Below are positions 44,205 to 57,241 of a DNA stretch of 64,000 nt, piece after piece. Position 1 is the first letter of the stretch, and each line of letters opens with the position of its first letter. The translations under genes were made by a program, and so were the position numbers. The notes under the pieces are model-generated. The model saw nothing but the letters and a program-made list of their open reading frames with translations. It made no database searches and was not told where the DNA came from. The stretch spans positions 1-64,000 of the forward strand of contig JAHBMJ010000113.1 in assembly GCA_018398765.1 (NCBI GenBank). The letters are read 5' to 3'. This DNA comes from Chromera velia. Lineage: Eukaryota.

Positions 44205-44436
44205 TATAAGGAATTCACGTGTCAGAACAGAGTTCGGGGAGGAGAGGATGAGCGAATGCGTCTCTCTTTGAATAAGTCAATGTGGATCGATTAGTTTCTC
44301 CTACACGGTGCATACACAGTATGTAGTGTTGCAGATTTGCATGCATAGCTTGTAGCACGCTGAGCCCAGGCCGAAGTCTCTGGGACCACAGCCGTGAAAG
44401 GCCGGCATTAATCGACCTCGGACGCAATCTCCAACA
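44205..44436 (-). repeat. 3' LTR of copia element
   Basis: 232 bp; reads TGTTGGAG...CCTTATA on the minus strand; 15 substitutions relative to the 5' LTR. Confidence 0.95.
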
Positions 44437-44437
44437 A

Positions 44438-47400
44438 TCACCCCCCGACTCGAACATTCACAGGAGAGTCACCTCTTTTCTTTGCTTTTGATCGACATGT
44501 CTTTGCGAAATCTACCATTCCTCTCTTTATATGCCCTTCCTTCTTCACTTCAACCTGAGGCGCTTGACTTCCCCTCTCCTTTTCCAATTTGTACTTTGTG
44601 TGTCTGTCTGCCCGCTGCCAATCAGTAGAAACCCAAAGCACCCGCGCCTTCAACGCTCTCAGCTCCTGCTGCACATATTTGAACAATCTATCCATTCGAG
44701 GCTCTCGCTTCGAATATCCACTCTCCAATTGCTCCATGAGAGGAGCGCTGTCTGTATAAATCTCTACCTCCAGCGGCTTCATCCACAACGCCTCTGCAAG
44801 ACGCTTCCATTGAAAAGATTGTTTCACACCATCTACAAGCGCATAGAGCTCTGCAGAGGTCGAAGAAATCAACTTCCTTTTGATTCGTTTGCTCTTCCAT
44901 GCCACCAGATTCGTTCTTCTCATTCCCTCAATCTTTTCCTTTTTGTCAACCAAGTAAGCCTCAAAGCCCCCTCTTCCTTCACAACGGGAAAGAGAATACG
45001 CAGCATCCACAAACAAAGCAAGCTTTGGATCAATCACGCCCACAAAGCGCAAACTGTCGTTCTTTTCACGAGCTCTAATGAGGGCAAGCAAAGCAACAAC
45101 AAGCTTTGAACCAGTCGGGCGGGAACTGTAATGAGATAACTCACTGAAAACAAAAGCAAGATCGGCAGACGTCTGACACACCCAACCAAGCACACCCATT
45201 ACTTTCATCATCACCGCAACCAGGTCTTCTTCTTTCTTTTCTTCCCTCTCTTCATTCAGCATCTCAAGGGAAAGAGACTTGCGAGGCAAATCGTCTGTCT
45301 GAACAGGAATGGACTTCAAGTATGCCTCCTGGCTGATCTCAAACCCGCTTTCATTCTTTCTCACCTCCAAACCCGTGTAGCCCATTTCACCCCCCGCAGA
45401 GAGAATTTCTGGCTCATCCATCTTCAAACGTTGTCTCAAAGGTTCAAAGTCACGAGCAGGGTCAGCAGAAAAAATGAGCAAATCATCAACGTGAACAGCC
45501 ATCACTGCTTTCACCTTCTTCTCTTCATCTTTCAATACAAAGATGCTCTCAACGATTTCCTCCCATCCTTCTTCTGCTGCAATCCGTTTAAAATGCTTTC
45601 CATACAGACGAGGGGCATCTTTTAATCCATACATGGCTCTCTCTAGCTGACCGATAACTCCAGGTGCGAATCCTTCCGGGGAACCCGTCGGGACGCGTCC
45701 TGGCAGCTGCACAAACACCTCATCATGAATGGATGCAGTCAGAAACGCAGTGCGCACATCTGACTTACTGATCGTCCACCCCTGACTGGATGCAAACGTA
45801 AAGCAAACCAAAAGAGCCCACCAAGCAGCTGTCCCACTGTACGTCTCAACGTTCTTTCGGTCATCTTGAAATCCTTTACACACAAGACGGGCTTTCGGCT
45901 TTCTCTCTTTCCCTTTCATCTTCCATGTCAGCATCCATCTGGTTTTCATTGCTCTTCTCTTCTATAGTATTCTTACTCCGTTTATTTTCAACACTTTATT
46001 CTCTTCAAAGCTTTTCAATTCCCCTCGCATCGCTTCATTAAAGAGGCCTTTCTCTACCTCCTCTTCCTTTGCATCAATGTGCCCCTTCCTTGGGTTTACA
46101 TGCTTCATCATTTGGTCGACCACTTTCTTATCCACCACAAGTCTCTGTGGCGTCTTCCTGAATCCATTTCCTTCTCTCCTCACTTTCTTCTTTTCACCCT
46201 CCTTACTATCATTCTATGCTACCTGCACCCTCTTCCCTTCCTGTGCTCGCTGCAATTTCTTATCATCCTGTGCTTCCTGCACTCCCTCCGTTTCTCTGCT
46301 GCCTTCCTGCTCTCCTTCACGTGCAAGAAAGCTAGCCAAGGCTGCGGCCCCCCCAGACTCCCCAAGCAAGTTGAGGCCAAACAACGAATCGTCATCTAGA
46401 ATGTCTGGCAGGACGACTTCTCCTTCTCCCTCTTTTTCTGCTGGCTGCGCTGTCTGAACAGGTTCGCGACCCTGCCCTGACTGCTTTTCCTTTTTCTCTC
46501 CACCTTCCCCCCTGCTGCTGACTTCGCAACTCCAGGTAGCCTGCCTGAAGTTGAGAGCCTGCTGCAAATGGAGGAGGGAAAGGGACAGGTGCAGAAACAG
46601 AAGACACAGACTCTCCCACAACATGATCCAGCTGCCTGACGGCCGCTGACGGAACAGAGTCGGGAAAGATTGCCTGCGACTTGGAGGAGGAGACAACAGC
46701 TTCAGGGTCTGCACCCCCTGCAGCAAGAACATCGACTTCTCTGTCTTCATCGACATCGAAATCGGAAAAACGATCAACATCGTCAGCAGGTGCAGCTGCT
46801 GACTCAGACACTCCATTCAAAAAGTCAGATGACACATTCAAACCATACCATTCAATCAAAGACACAGCGCTTGGATGCACACGCAAAGGTCTCCATCCCT
46901 TCCCACTGTCTGTCTTCACAAGAACACACACGACAGAGTCGCTTTCGACTCTAGCAAAGAACCCTTCCTTTCCCCTGACAGGCACAGCAGAAGAGGGAAT
47001 CGGACAAGGGTCAGTCACAAGAACACGATCACCAACAGAGATGGGGGAAATGAGACGAGCAGCCTTAACACCAAACACAGACGCATTAGGCGACTTACCC
47101 ATCGCAGACGAAACACAATGTCATTCATTCAAAGAATCAATCACACCACTCAACAACCACTTCGCACAATATTTTGGCAAATTCAAATCCGCAAGCAACT
47201 TCCAGAGCAATCTTTTTACTGTACGATTCATTCTCTCTACTTACGCTTGAGACTGGGGAGTGTAGATGCTTCCTTTCTTATGAAAGATGGACTCCTGATC
47301 ACACACATGCTCGTACTGTCCCTTCTTTTCACCCATAAATTCTCTTCCGTTGTCAGTGCAAACCGTTGCAGGCTTTCCTTTGACTTTCAGCTTCTCACCC

Positions 47401-49890
47401 AGTCTCTCCTATCTTCTTACTCATGTAGTCAGATGTCTTACTGCCTTCCCTTTCGAAAGCAGAACCATACCAAAAATAAAACGAGTTGCAGCATCGACAA
47501 TCAAAGACACAGGGGTACCACCAGGTAAAAACATGACATCCTGATAAATGACTTCATTGAATTCCTTTCCTTGCACGCCTTCCTGGCTCTTTTGAGGAAT
47601 ACGATGCATCACAGCATTCACATACTTGCACTGTCTGCATACATGCTTCACTTGATCACATACCTCTCTGCTCATACGCGACATAATGCCTTTCTCTTTC
47701 ATTGTTTCATACAGTCGCACACCAGTCGCATGCCCAAATCTCTTATGCCACATCAAAACCTCCCTTGCACTCATCTGACCTTCAGAAGGGAAGCTCACCC
47801 TCCGCGATTGATGCGCACCTAACCTGCGGGGCCCCTTTCTGACCTCCGTGCTGCAAAAACGTCTACTCACGTGCAAGAGGTCTATCCTTTCTATCTACGT
47901 TCAAACACATACAAAGGGGGCTATGCTTCACTGCCGGACTCTTTGACTGCACCCCCCCATGCACACTCAAAACCAGAACGCCTTCCCCCTCTTTCACACG
48001 CGCACGAAAACTGCCACCCCCTTTTTCAGGGAGCTCCACTCAGAATGGCTCATGCACTTTCTGCAAGCGGAGACCATGCACACTCACAAGAGAGACTGGC
48101 ATAGACCGAGAGAAAGCTCCATCCAAACGTGCTGTCCTCCTACGTCCATCCATACACTCGACTCCAGGGAGATCCACAGTCACGTCGCTCTCTGCTCTTA
48201 CGACGTCTCCTTCAACCCCCACAAACTTACTGCCCGTCTCCCTCACCTCAACCACATAGGACTTGACGTCTCTGCCAAAGAAATGCCGGCTGCATCCAGA
48301 ATCAACCACCGGCTTCTTCACCACCCATTTCATTCCACCCCCTCTCGCTCCACCTGCACGCCCCATAGCGTGTGGTCGCAGTTTTGTCACGTCCTGCCCG
48401 GGACGGCTCTCCCCCTCTTCTTCAGTAAGCAATGCAAAGCGATTGGAAACCCACACGCCGGGGAAATGCGCTGCACTCTGCACCCCCGAGTGTGGTCATC
48501 TCCCTCTCTGTCCCCCAGAAAAGGACGAGGAAGACTGCTGCTACTGGCTTCTGTTGGGATCTTCGCTGGGGGGAGGGGGAACCCAAGGGCGAGGCTCGAT
48601 TCTGGGCTGCCCTGCACGTTTGCACGCACAGTTCTTCTCGAAGTGGCTCGTGTCTTAGCACCACCAGCACCTCTTCGGTCCCCACGGCTGCTGCTGCTGT
48701 TGAGGGGGAGACTGCTGGGAGGAGCGCTGACCATTCTGTCTGTTCCCCTGATTTCTGAATCCACCAGATCCCCGACCCCGTCTCTGCTGGCCTCTGAAGG
48801 CTCTCTCTCTGCCCCCACTCTGCCTCTGTCTCGCCTTGATCTCTGCATCTCGATCAAAGGACGCAAACCACTCGAGCTCCTTCTTTAGAGTGGCATAGTC
48901 AATCTGTCTGAGATCCAGCTGCCCCCCCAATCCAGGAAGTTTTGATCTGAGGGAGTTGACGAGCTTCATACGCTGGTTATCCGTGAGGGCGTTGACGATC
49001 ATGATGACCTTGGCGGGATCTGCGATCTCCCACTCCGCGTCGTCAGAATCGAGGAGGAGATCCTCGAGTCTCTGGTCGATCTTCACGAAAGACAGCACCA
49101 CACCGCTTGGGATGACGACACGACTGTTCCGATCACGGTGGTTGAGGAGCCATGGGAAGACCTGCACACACTCCTGCACAGCTAGCTGCATCGCCAGCAG
49201 GGTCGAGGAATACTCCTGCTTCATCTTCTCTACAATATCCTCAGGGTTCACCCGCTTCCATCTCCATCTCCTTACATCTCTCCTAAAGGCCCAAGCATCA
49301 CTTCCTGTCTTGTTCAGCGCGACGATGATGTTGGATCTTCACTCCTCTGTCGACTGGAAGTGCTTCCTCTGTAGGTGCACATTGGAGAACTCCCCCCACT
49401 GCGACGCAAAGTCGACAATCTCCTTCTTTCCAGCGAATTTCGGGCAGGCGGTCAGGTCCACTTTCTTCGACTGCTTCGACGATCTCTTCTTCCTGCATGC
49501 GGAACCCACTCTCTGAGCTGCAGAGTGGTGAGAAGACGCATTGGAAGATCCACTCACATCAGACGAGTTGGAGTGGGAGGGAGACGGGTCCTTGTCCGAG
49601 AAGAAAACCACGGCGTCGAAGGGCTTTCGGACTTTCTGAGCCTGAACGGCTCCAGGCGCAAACAGAGAAACAGGGGAAATTCTTTCTTTCTTCTCCGCCA
49701 CTGCGGCACTGGTTCGACTAGGTGGAATCCATCTGTCTAGCGAGTCTTCTACTCTCTCCTCCCGCTGGCCTGGAGGCGCAGCATCTCTTCGATCCAACTC
49801 TGCACTAAGTCTGGATACTTCAGCGCTGATCGGTTCAAGGGCATCATTGAGTAAGCCCCTGAAAAAGCTTTTCATGTCTTCAAAGTTCAT
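44438..49890 (-). pseudogene. Disrupted copia gag-pol
   Basis: Gag zinc knuckle CWWC*DTSHFEKNC (stop at 48655-48657); protease VVDSGCSRHF; integrase WHKRFGH..CRQC and IYQD..IVDAATRF. The RT/RNaseH ORF 44438-45949 has KARLVCKGFQD, DVRTAFL, MYGLKDAP, HVDD, FVDA, SAEL, YTDS and QRAD. There are several in-frame stops and at least two frame changes. Confidence 0.92.
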
Positions 49891-49934
49891 CTTGACAACA
49901 AAGTGGTAACAAATCAGAGACTGACACACTGATT

Positions 49935-50166
49935 TATAAGGAATTCACGTGTCAGAACAGAGTTCGGGGAGGAGAGGATGAGCGAATGCGCCTCTCCTTG
50001 AATAAGTCAATGTGGATCGATCAGTTTCTCCTATACGGTACATGCACAATATGTAGTGTTGCAGATTTGCATGCATAGCTTGTAGCGCACTGAGCCCAGG
50101 CCGAAGTCCCTGGGACCGCGGCCATGAAAGGCCGGCGTTAATCGACCCCGGACGCAATCTCCAACA
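49935..50166 (-). repeat. 5' LTR of copia element
   Basis: 232-bp direct repeat of 44205-44436. Confidence 0.95.
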
Positions 50167-51231
50167 TGTTGTTTGTCTGCACTTGTCTGCCTGGTTCAGA
50201 GGTCTATGAACCGGAAGCGGTAGTCGTTGCAGAGGTAAAGAGGCAGCTAGCAGGTGGCCTGGCCTTAAGACGTGAAAACCTTTTTTGACAGGACGTGCTC
50301 ACCTTCGAGGTTGTCAGATTTGTTGCATCACACTTGCATGGTGCCTATAAATATAGTGTGGCGGCCCACAAAAGTGTTGGTGGAGGCGAGTTATGCCGAT
50401 TGTGTACCGTTTTTGGTCGTCAACACGCTACTGAGATGCTACTGAGGCCAATAACAATCCATCTTTCTAGTTTTATCATTTAAAACAGCATGGCTGCCCT
50501 TTAGTGTCTCACTTAAACCATAGATAACTTAATTTATAACATGTAAATGACTATCAAACCTAGTTAGTCTAAGACCGTATAAATGAACGAACAAATAACT
50601 CAAAATGCTTTAAAAAATGTTTATTATCGTAAATAGATTTTTTAAACTATGCTTTTGAATTATACTTTATCTTTACAGCCTTTACCAAACTTTTTACCGG
50701 TGCCTGGTCACTCTACCGGTAATTACCGGTTGACCGGTAATCAGCTCGCTTTACCACCGGAAAAATTGGCAACCCTGTATATAGTGCTATGAACTAGGCT
50801 ATGAATTAAGGTGGTAATTAGTCAGAATTTATATATAGTTCAAAACACTAGCTACTAGTAAACCAACTTTAAATACTTCATATATTATACTAACAGCATT
50901 CTGAAACTAGTTCTGAAAATTAAAAAGTCTTGTGGAGAGACTTCACAAATGGAGTGCGTTCAGGGCAGTGTGTGTGTACTGTTAGTAAGAGACATGCAGC
51001 TTTTCAAGTATTTGCGTTAACAACGGAAGGGGGGGGGAACACGGGGTCAGACAGATCAAGCAGAATTTGGGAGAACTGCTGCGGTACTCCTCACTTCCTA
51101 CTGCAAAAGCAGGACCGAGTAACTAATCAGTCGAGAACTCGAATCAATACATAGAGTTGTTTTCAGACGTGATTTAAATATCCGGAAGCCGTCTCTCACT
51201 CAAGGCCCGGTTTTTTTGTACCGTCCATTCT

Positions 51232-52642
51232 TTATGCTGCGCAATCAGTGAGCGACCAGCTTTCGGTCTGAAGACGGGGGGTTCGAAAGGAGCTGGGGTA
51301 CGCTCCTGATGGGATGGAGCAACGGGGAGCGACGGGCGGCTCAGTCGCTGGTTGCTGGTGGGAGTGGCGTCGACATGCGACGGTGGGGGCCCTGAGGGTG
51401 GAGGGGGAAGGCGGACCGTCACGCGGAGGGGGCGGCCAGTGGTGCAGACGCTGCTGTTGGTTTGGTCCAACGGCATTGACATGCGACGGGGGAGGGCCTG
51501 GGGGTGGAGGGGGAGGGGGTGGGGGCGGTGGGGCATGACCAGAAAGGGCGGGCGGGACGACCTGGGGAAGTTGGGAGGCGGGTCCCATGAAGACAGGAGT
51601 CTGACTCACTGTGTGAGGGCGCCGCGGGACCTTCAGCCCAACGCCGTTTCTTTCGTCCATGTGCTCGGTCTCCCGAACACGTTTGGAGGCATCCGATTGC
51701 TGGTGGGCGCTCTCGTCTTGTGTGTACTGGAGACGTGCATGAGCGGATATGTTGCGGTCTGCGCGGGCATAGACAGACATCATCTCGAACCACCACATTC
51801 TTCTGCTCTCCGGGTTTTCCTCCAATAGGTCTAGCAGGCGTTGCCGGTACCTCCATATGAAGTCGCGCGCTGCTTCTGGCCCCTTGAAAGGCGAATGATC
51901 GTAAAAACACATGCCCTGTCTCTTACACCAGCCTGCAGGTATGTATAATGTCACATCGATCGGGTTGATGATAATCTGCACATTCATTTTTCTGGCACAC
52001 AGCGGAAGGGGATGCTGAAGAAGAGGCAGACAGGTAGACAGAGAGGCAGACAGACAAGACAGACAGACAGACAAACAGACAAACAAACAGGCAGTCTTGC
52101 TGCTCTTCCCTCCTCTCCATGGACAGACGATATGTTTTCTTTCCCTCCTTTTTTTCATGAATACAACAGACAGACAGACAGACAGACGGACTGTATGTTC
52201 CTTTCTTTTCCTTTTCTCTTTCTTTCTTTCACAGACAAACAAGCAAGCAGACTGACTACAGACTGACAGATAGACAGACAGACATACTATATTGCTTCTC
52301 TTCCCTGCTTCTCTTCCTGAACAGACAGATAGACCATATGACTTCTTTTTTTCTTTTTTCTCGACATGCATACATACATACATACATACAATATGTTTTC
52401 TTTTCTTTCCCTCGTTCTTCTCATGGACCCAACAGATAGAACAGAAAGAAAGCAAAAAAGACAAAGGTACACCACAAGAACTGAGACAAAGTGGGCAGGG
52501 GGCCCGAGCGGTTAGAGCTAAGCGCCCCTTGCCTCTCAACCTCCCAACAGACTTTCACGTGATCCCTGGGTTCACACGTTACTCCTCTGCTGCTTCCATA
52601 CAGACAGACAGACTATGCGTTTCTTCTTCTCCCTTCTTTTCT

Positions 52643-52674
<32 letters not shown>

Positions 52675-54325
52675 GACAGACTATATGACAGACAAACAGA
52701 CAGACAGACAGGCGGGCAGGCAGAGACAGACAGAGACGCAGGCAGGTAGACAGACAGAGGGACTAAATGGTTTCTTTTCGACAGACAGACAATACTATAC
52801 GGTTTCTTATCTTCCCCTCATTCAGAGAGACAGAGACAGACAGACAGACAGAGACAGACAGTCAGGCAGGTAGGCAGGAAGGCAGGGAGGCAGACAGACA
52901 AGACAGACAGACAGACAGACGGATTCTCTGTTCTTTCTTTGTCTTCCTTTCCTTCCTTCTCTTGACCCATTGTCAAATTGGAAGCAGACAAACCACACAG
53001 ACAGACAGACAGACAGACAGACAGAAAGTAAGAAAGAAAGACAGACAGCCAGATGGAAAGTCAGCTTTCACGCAATGAAAAAATATGTGATTACTTCCTT
53101 TGTCTTCCTTTTCTCGTTCGTTCTTTCCTTTCCTTTCTTTTGCCTTCATCTTTCTTTCTTTCTTTCTTTGTTGTCTTGTACGCACAGCCAGAGCTTGGAC
53201 AGAGCCTCTATACACATCCTGTGGCTCCCCTTTCGCCCAGCGCAGGGTTGCCCCTTGAATTGCGTTTCCACTTTTCTTCTATCTGAGCCGGATCGTTTAG
53301 TTTCATATCCTCTCGTGTTCTGTGTGGGTCGGTGATGATGGGGGTTCTTCCTTTTGTTTGTAGAGAAAGAAAAAAAAAAAGAAAAAAATCCGTCATACAG
53401 TCTGTCACGATGTCAACAAGAACTTTCTTCTCCTGGGGTTCCCTTTTTCTTTTTCCGAAGTCAGCACACCCAAGACCAGTCGACTTTCTCTTCTTGTTGG
53501 GTCTCTCTGTCACAGGGAGACTATACAGTTTCTTTTGTTTCCATCATTCCTCTCTTGGACACAGACAGACAGACTATACGTTTCTTCTTCTCCCTTCTTT
53601 TCTTCATGAACACAACAGACGAAAAGAAAGAAAGAAAGAAAGAAATAAAGAAAGAAAAGAAAGAAAAGAAAGAACAAAGACAAAAGAACAGAACCAACAA
53701 TCAAACAACGTGGACAGGCGGTCCGACAGACAGACTATATGTTTCTCTTTCAGACAGACTATATGTTTCTTCTTCTTCTCCCTCCTTTTCTTCATCAGAC
53801 AGAAAGACAGACAGACAGACAGACTATATGTTTCTTCTTCTTCTCCCTCCTTTTCTTCATCAGACAGAAAGACAGCCAGACAGACAGACAATATGTTTCT
53901 TCTTCTTCTCCCTCCTTTTCTTCATCAGACAGAAAGACAGACAGACAGACAGGCAATATGTTTCTTCTTCTTCTCCCTCCTTTTCTTCATCAGACAGACA
54001 AACAGACAATATGTTTCTTCTTCTTCTCCCTCCTTTTCTTCATCAGACAGAAAGACAGCCAGACAGAAAGACAGACAGACAGACAGACTATATGTTTCTT
54101 CTTCTTCTCCCTCCTTTTCTTCATCAGACAGAAAGACAGACAGACAATATGTTTCTTCTTCTTCTCCCTCCTTTTCTTCATCAGAAAGGCAGACAGACAG
54201 ACAGACAATATGTTTCTTCTTCTTCTCCCTCCTTTTCTTCATCAGACAGAAAGACAGACAGACAGACAGACAGACAGACAATATGTTTCTTCTTCTTCTC
54301 CCTCCTTTTCTTCATCAGACAGAAC

Positions 54326-54362
<37 letters not shown>

Positions 54363-54431
54363 TATGTTGCTTGTTCTTCTTCTCCTTCCTTTTCTTCATG
54401 AACACAACAGACAAAAAGAAAGAAAGAACAA

Positions 54432-54463
<32 letters not shown>

Positions 54464-55046
54464 TATATGTTTCTTCTTCTCCCTCTTTTTCTTCATGAAC
54501 ACAACAGACAAGAAAGAAAGAAAGAAAGAAAGAAAGGACAAAGACAAAAGAACAGAACCAACAATCAAATAGCGTGGGCAGGGGGCCCGAAAGGTTAGAG
54601 TTGAGCGAGACAGAGTGTCTGAGACAGAGTATATTCTTTCCGGCAGACAGGCGCAAAGACCTTCTGTTGCAGAAAAACCGACCTTTTGCGAAAAGGTCGA
54701 AACAGGGCGCCTCAGCAGCTCCTGCGAGCACCGGCGGCTGCACAGCTCAGTTTTGACAAGCGTATATGAGAAACTGACAGAATAGACGTACATTCATGCT
54801 TCTTCTGGACAGCCTCATCAGACGCAAGTGTCCCCAGAACGTTTCTTCCAATCTCCACTTTTCTTTAATTGTCACTACTTGCTTTGTCTGCGACAGGGAA
54901 CTAGGGAGGTGAAATACGTCTGGGGGATATCAACAGCTTCAGTCCAGCAAACAGGCAGAGGTGGAGTTCAATAGAAGATATATCTGCTCAACAGGTCCGC
55001 AAGAGAGGTGGGTCACGAGAGAACTCTCTCTCTCTCTCTGTGCGTG

Positions 55047-55118
<72 letters not shown>

Positions 55119-56415
55119 AAAGTGAGTGAGTGAGCGGGTGAGTTAGTGAAAAAGCAAGAGAGAAGCTGCGTGCGTGGACTGACCAGAAGCTCTGGATTGC
55201 TCTCCTTGAAAATCCTGACCAAGGCCATGGAAGAATCGGCACCAGCAACATCGGTTTGGATCAGTTCACCTGTCGACTGATCGATGCTCTGCATGTGAGC
55301 AGACATTTGGTTGGCACCAAAAGAAGGAGGTGCTGAAGCTGAATCTTTATTCCATGCAATCACTTGAAGAGAAACCTACCGACTGAGAGCTCGCAAAGAC
55401 AGCAAAAAATGAGGGGAGACTCTCGTACTTGCCAAGTAAAAGGAAAGCCATACGGGCAAGAAACAAAAAAGGGAACAGAGGGAAAAGGGACGGCAACAGA
55501 TTAGAGACTCACCGCAACAGCGAAGTTGAGGAGCGGGTCTGGAACTGGACCTGCTCCTTGTTTGAACGGGGCGCTCTCCCCAGGTGAATCGGGAGGGTTC
55601 TTGGGATCGTGGTCACCCTCACCGCCTTTAGCACCCCCCCCAGACTTCTCCCCTTCTTTCTCCGCATTACCTCCCGCGGATCCCCGTTTCCTTCTCTCTC
55701 CACCATCGCCTCTACTACCAGAAGATGCGGTCTGATCATCTGAGCCTTGATGGAAGGGCTGCCTGTCTGATTGCATCTCCTCTTCGTATATCTGCATGAC
55801 ATGAGCCTCACCCTCCCTCTTCCTCACATTTTCTTCGTGCAAAGACCGCCACCAACACTTCTCATGGGAGCAGCTTTCCTCTTCTCCATAAAATCTCAAA
55901 TGATGGGCCAGCTTACCCCGGTACAACTTAACAAACCATCGGCGTTGGATGTCCGTGGTGAGCTCTTCGTGGGAGAAACGACATTTTCTGCCATCCTTGC
56001 AAGAACCGTCGCGCGGGGGTCCTGCATGTCAGTCATGACGCAATATTTAATCCTCTTGCAAACACAAAGAGCTCCATTAGTGTGACTGTCACAAAGGGCA
56101 TGAAGCGCTCAGCAACTGCAGTGCAGAGAGAGGACCAACAGAAACATGGACAGAGAGAGGCAAAAAAGACAGACCTCCTGTTGGTTCTAAAAGCAAGCAT
56201 GGACTGCCTAAGAGGCAGGCAGACAGTCAGACAGTCAAGCAGATCGACAGACCGACACACCATTTTCTTCTCTCTCTTCTTCTGCATGGAAGTGTTTGAC
56301 GGACAGACAAACGGATGGATCGACGAATGGAGGGGCAGATCGACCCACTGAGATCCCAATCTTCATCTTCTTTGTTGTTACTGTTTCTTCCTTCTGCTTT
56401 TCTTCGCGGGAACAC

Positions 56416-56453
<38 letters not shown>

Positions 56454-57197
56454 CTGACACACTCACACAGGGAGAAGGAAAGGCAAGGAGAGACACAGGG
56501 GAGAGAGAAACAAGCAGCGCCAGAAAGACAGAGACAAAAAAAGCAGAAGAGCAGGAACAGAGAAGACGATGTAGAGGAGAAACGATTGACTGGGCAGGAC
56601 GCAGACGCAGAGGGACTGAGACGAAAGAGGGGACGTACAGAGTTTTTTGCCAAAAGTAAAGCTGGAGGGTGCGGAAACTATGGTTGCGATCCATCTCTTC
56701 TCTTTTTACACTCACTCAGTCTGACTGGTTTTTGGAAAGCAGAAAAATAGACTGCAGAAAGAGAGACTGGCCGGCAGACAGATGAATGGTGAAGCAGACA
56801 CGCGCAGGGGCTGAGGCTGAATTCTTCCTTTGTTCCTTTTTCCTCCTTTCGATTCGTTCGCCCGGAGCAAAGCCCATTTGTCGCTTCTCAAAGAGCAAGG
56901 GCACAACAAACGAAAACCAACGTATTGTGCTGTCAGCTCGTGGTCTACAAAACTGCCCCCAAATACATAAATCCAACACTTACGCAGGGCATGGTGATAA
57001 AAGCACGGGTGGGTAGAGGGGTCGTGGTTGTCGGGGCACAAGTCTCCTTGTCGAAAATGGCCTTTCTTCTCGATGTGACGGCACAGTTTCATCTGAAAAA
57101 GGGCAAAGAAGAGACAGACTTATGCCCCATCATGCCGACGGTTTTTTCCATCCCGCCACATTGTATCTGCTGTGCTATGCCCTCATCTTTCTCTCTT

Positions 57198-57241
<44 letters not shown>

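Larger units (their letters stand above)
44205..50166 (-). mobile_element. Ty1/copia LTR retrotransposon, full length but degenerate
   Basis: Two 232-bp LTRs, a 5-bp TSD TGTTG (44200-44204 and 50167-50171), domain order gag-PR-IN-RT-RH, and a G-tract PPT next to the 3' LTR. Confidence 0.95.
43977..50777. mobile_element. Non-autonomous hAT-type DNA transposon (about 834 bp), split by the copia insertion
   Basis: Terminal inverted repeats CAGGGTTG (43977) and CAACCCTG (ending 50777) extend imperfectly to TCCGGT. A perfect 8-bp target-site duplication TATATAGT is at 43969-43976 and 50778-50785. Subterminal CTCTACCGGTAATTACCGG occurs at 44009 and 50711. No transposase ORF is present. Confidence 0.85.

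Noticed and set aside
44531..49740. Plus-strand ORFs up to 309 aa over the retrotransposon
   Set aside because: They are antisense shadows of gag-pol with no recognisable motifs.
52491..52600. Possible tRNA gene
   Set aside because: The A/B-box resemblance is weak and no cloverleaf can be folded; it is treated as a dispersed repeat.
53740..54360. Minus-strand units contain CTGATGA...GAAAC...GTC, like a hammerhead ribozyme core
   Set aside because: The would-be stem II is all purines and cannot pair, and the stem I arms are not complementary.
53560..54500. Repeat array superficially like a CRISPR array
   Set aside because: The spacers are only variable-length CAGA microsatellite, not unique sequence; the context is eukaryotic and no cas genes are present.
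54735..54765. KTELC, resembling the TIS11-type CCCH lead-in motif
   Set aside because: It is not followed by C-x8-C-x5-C-x3-H spacing and probably lies in an intron.
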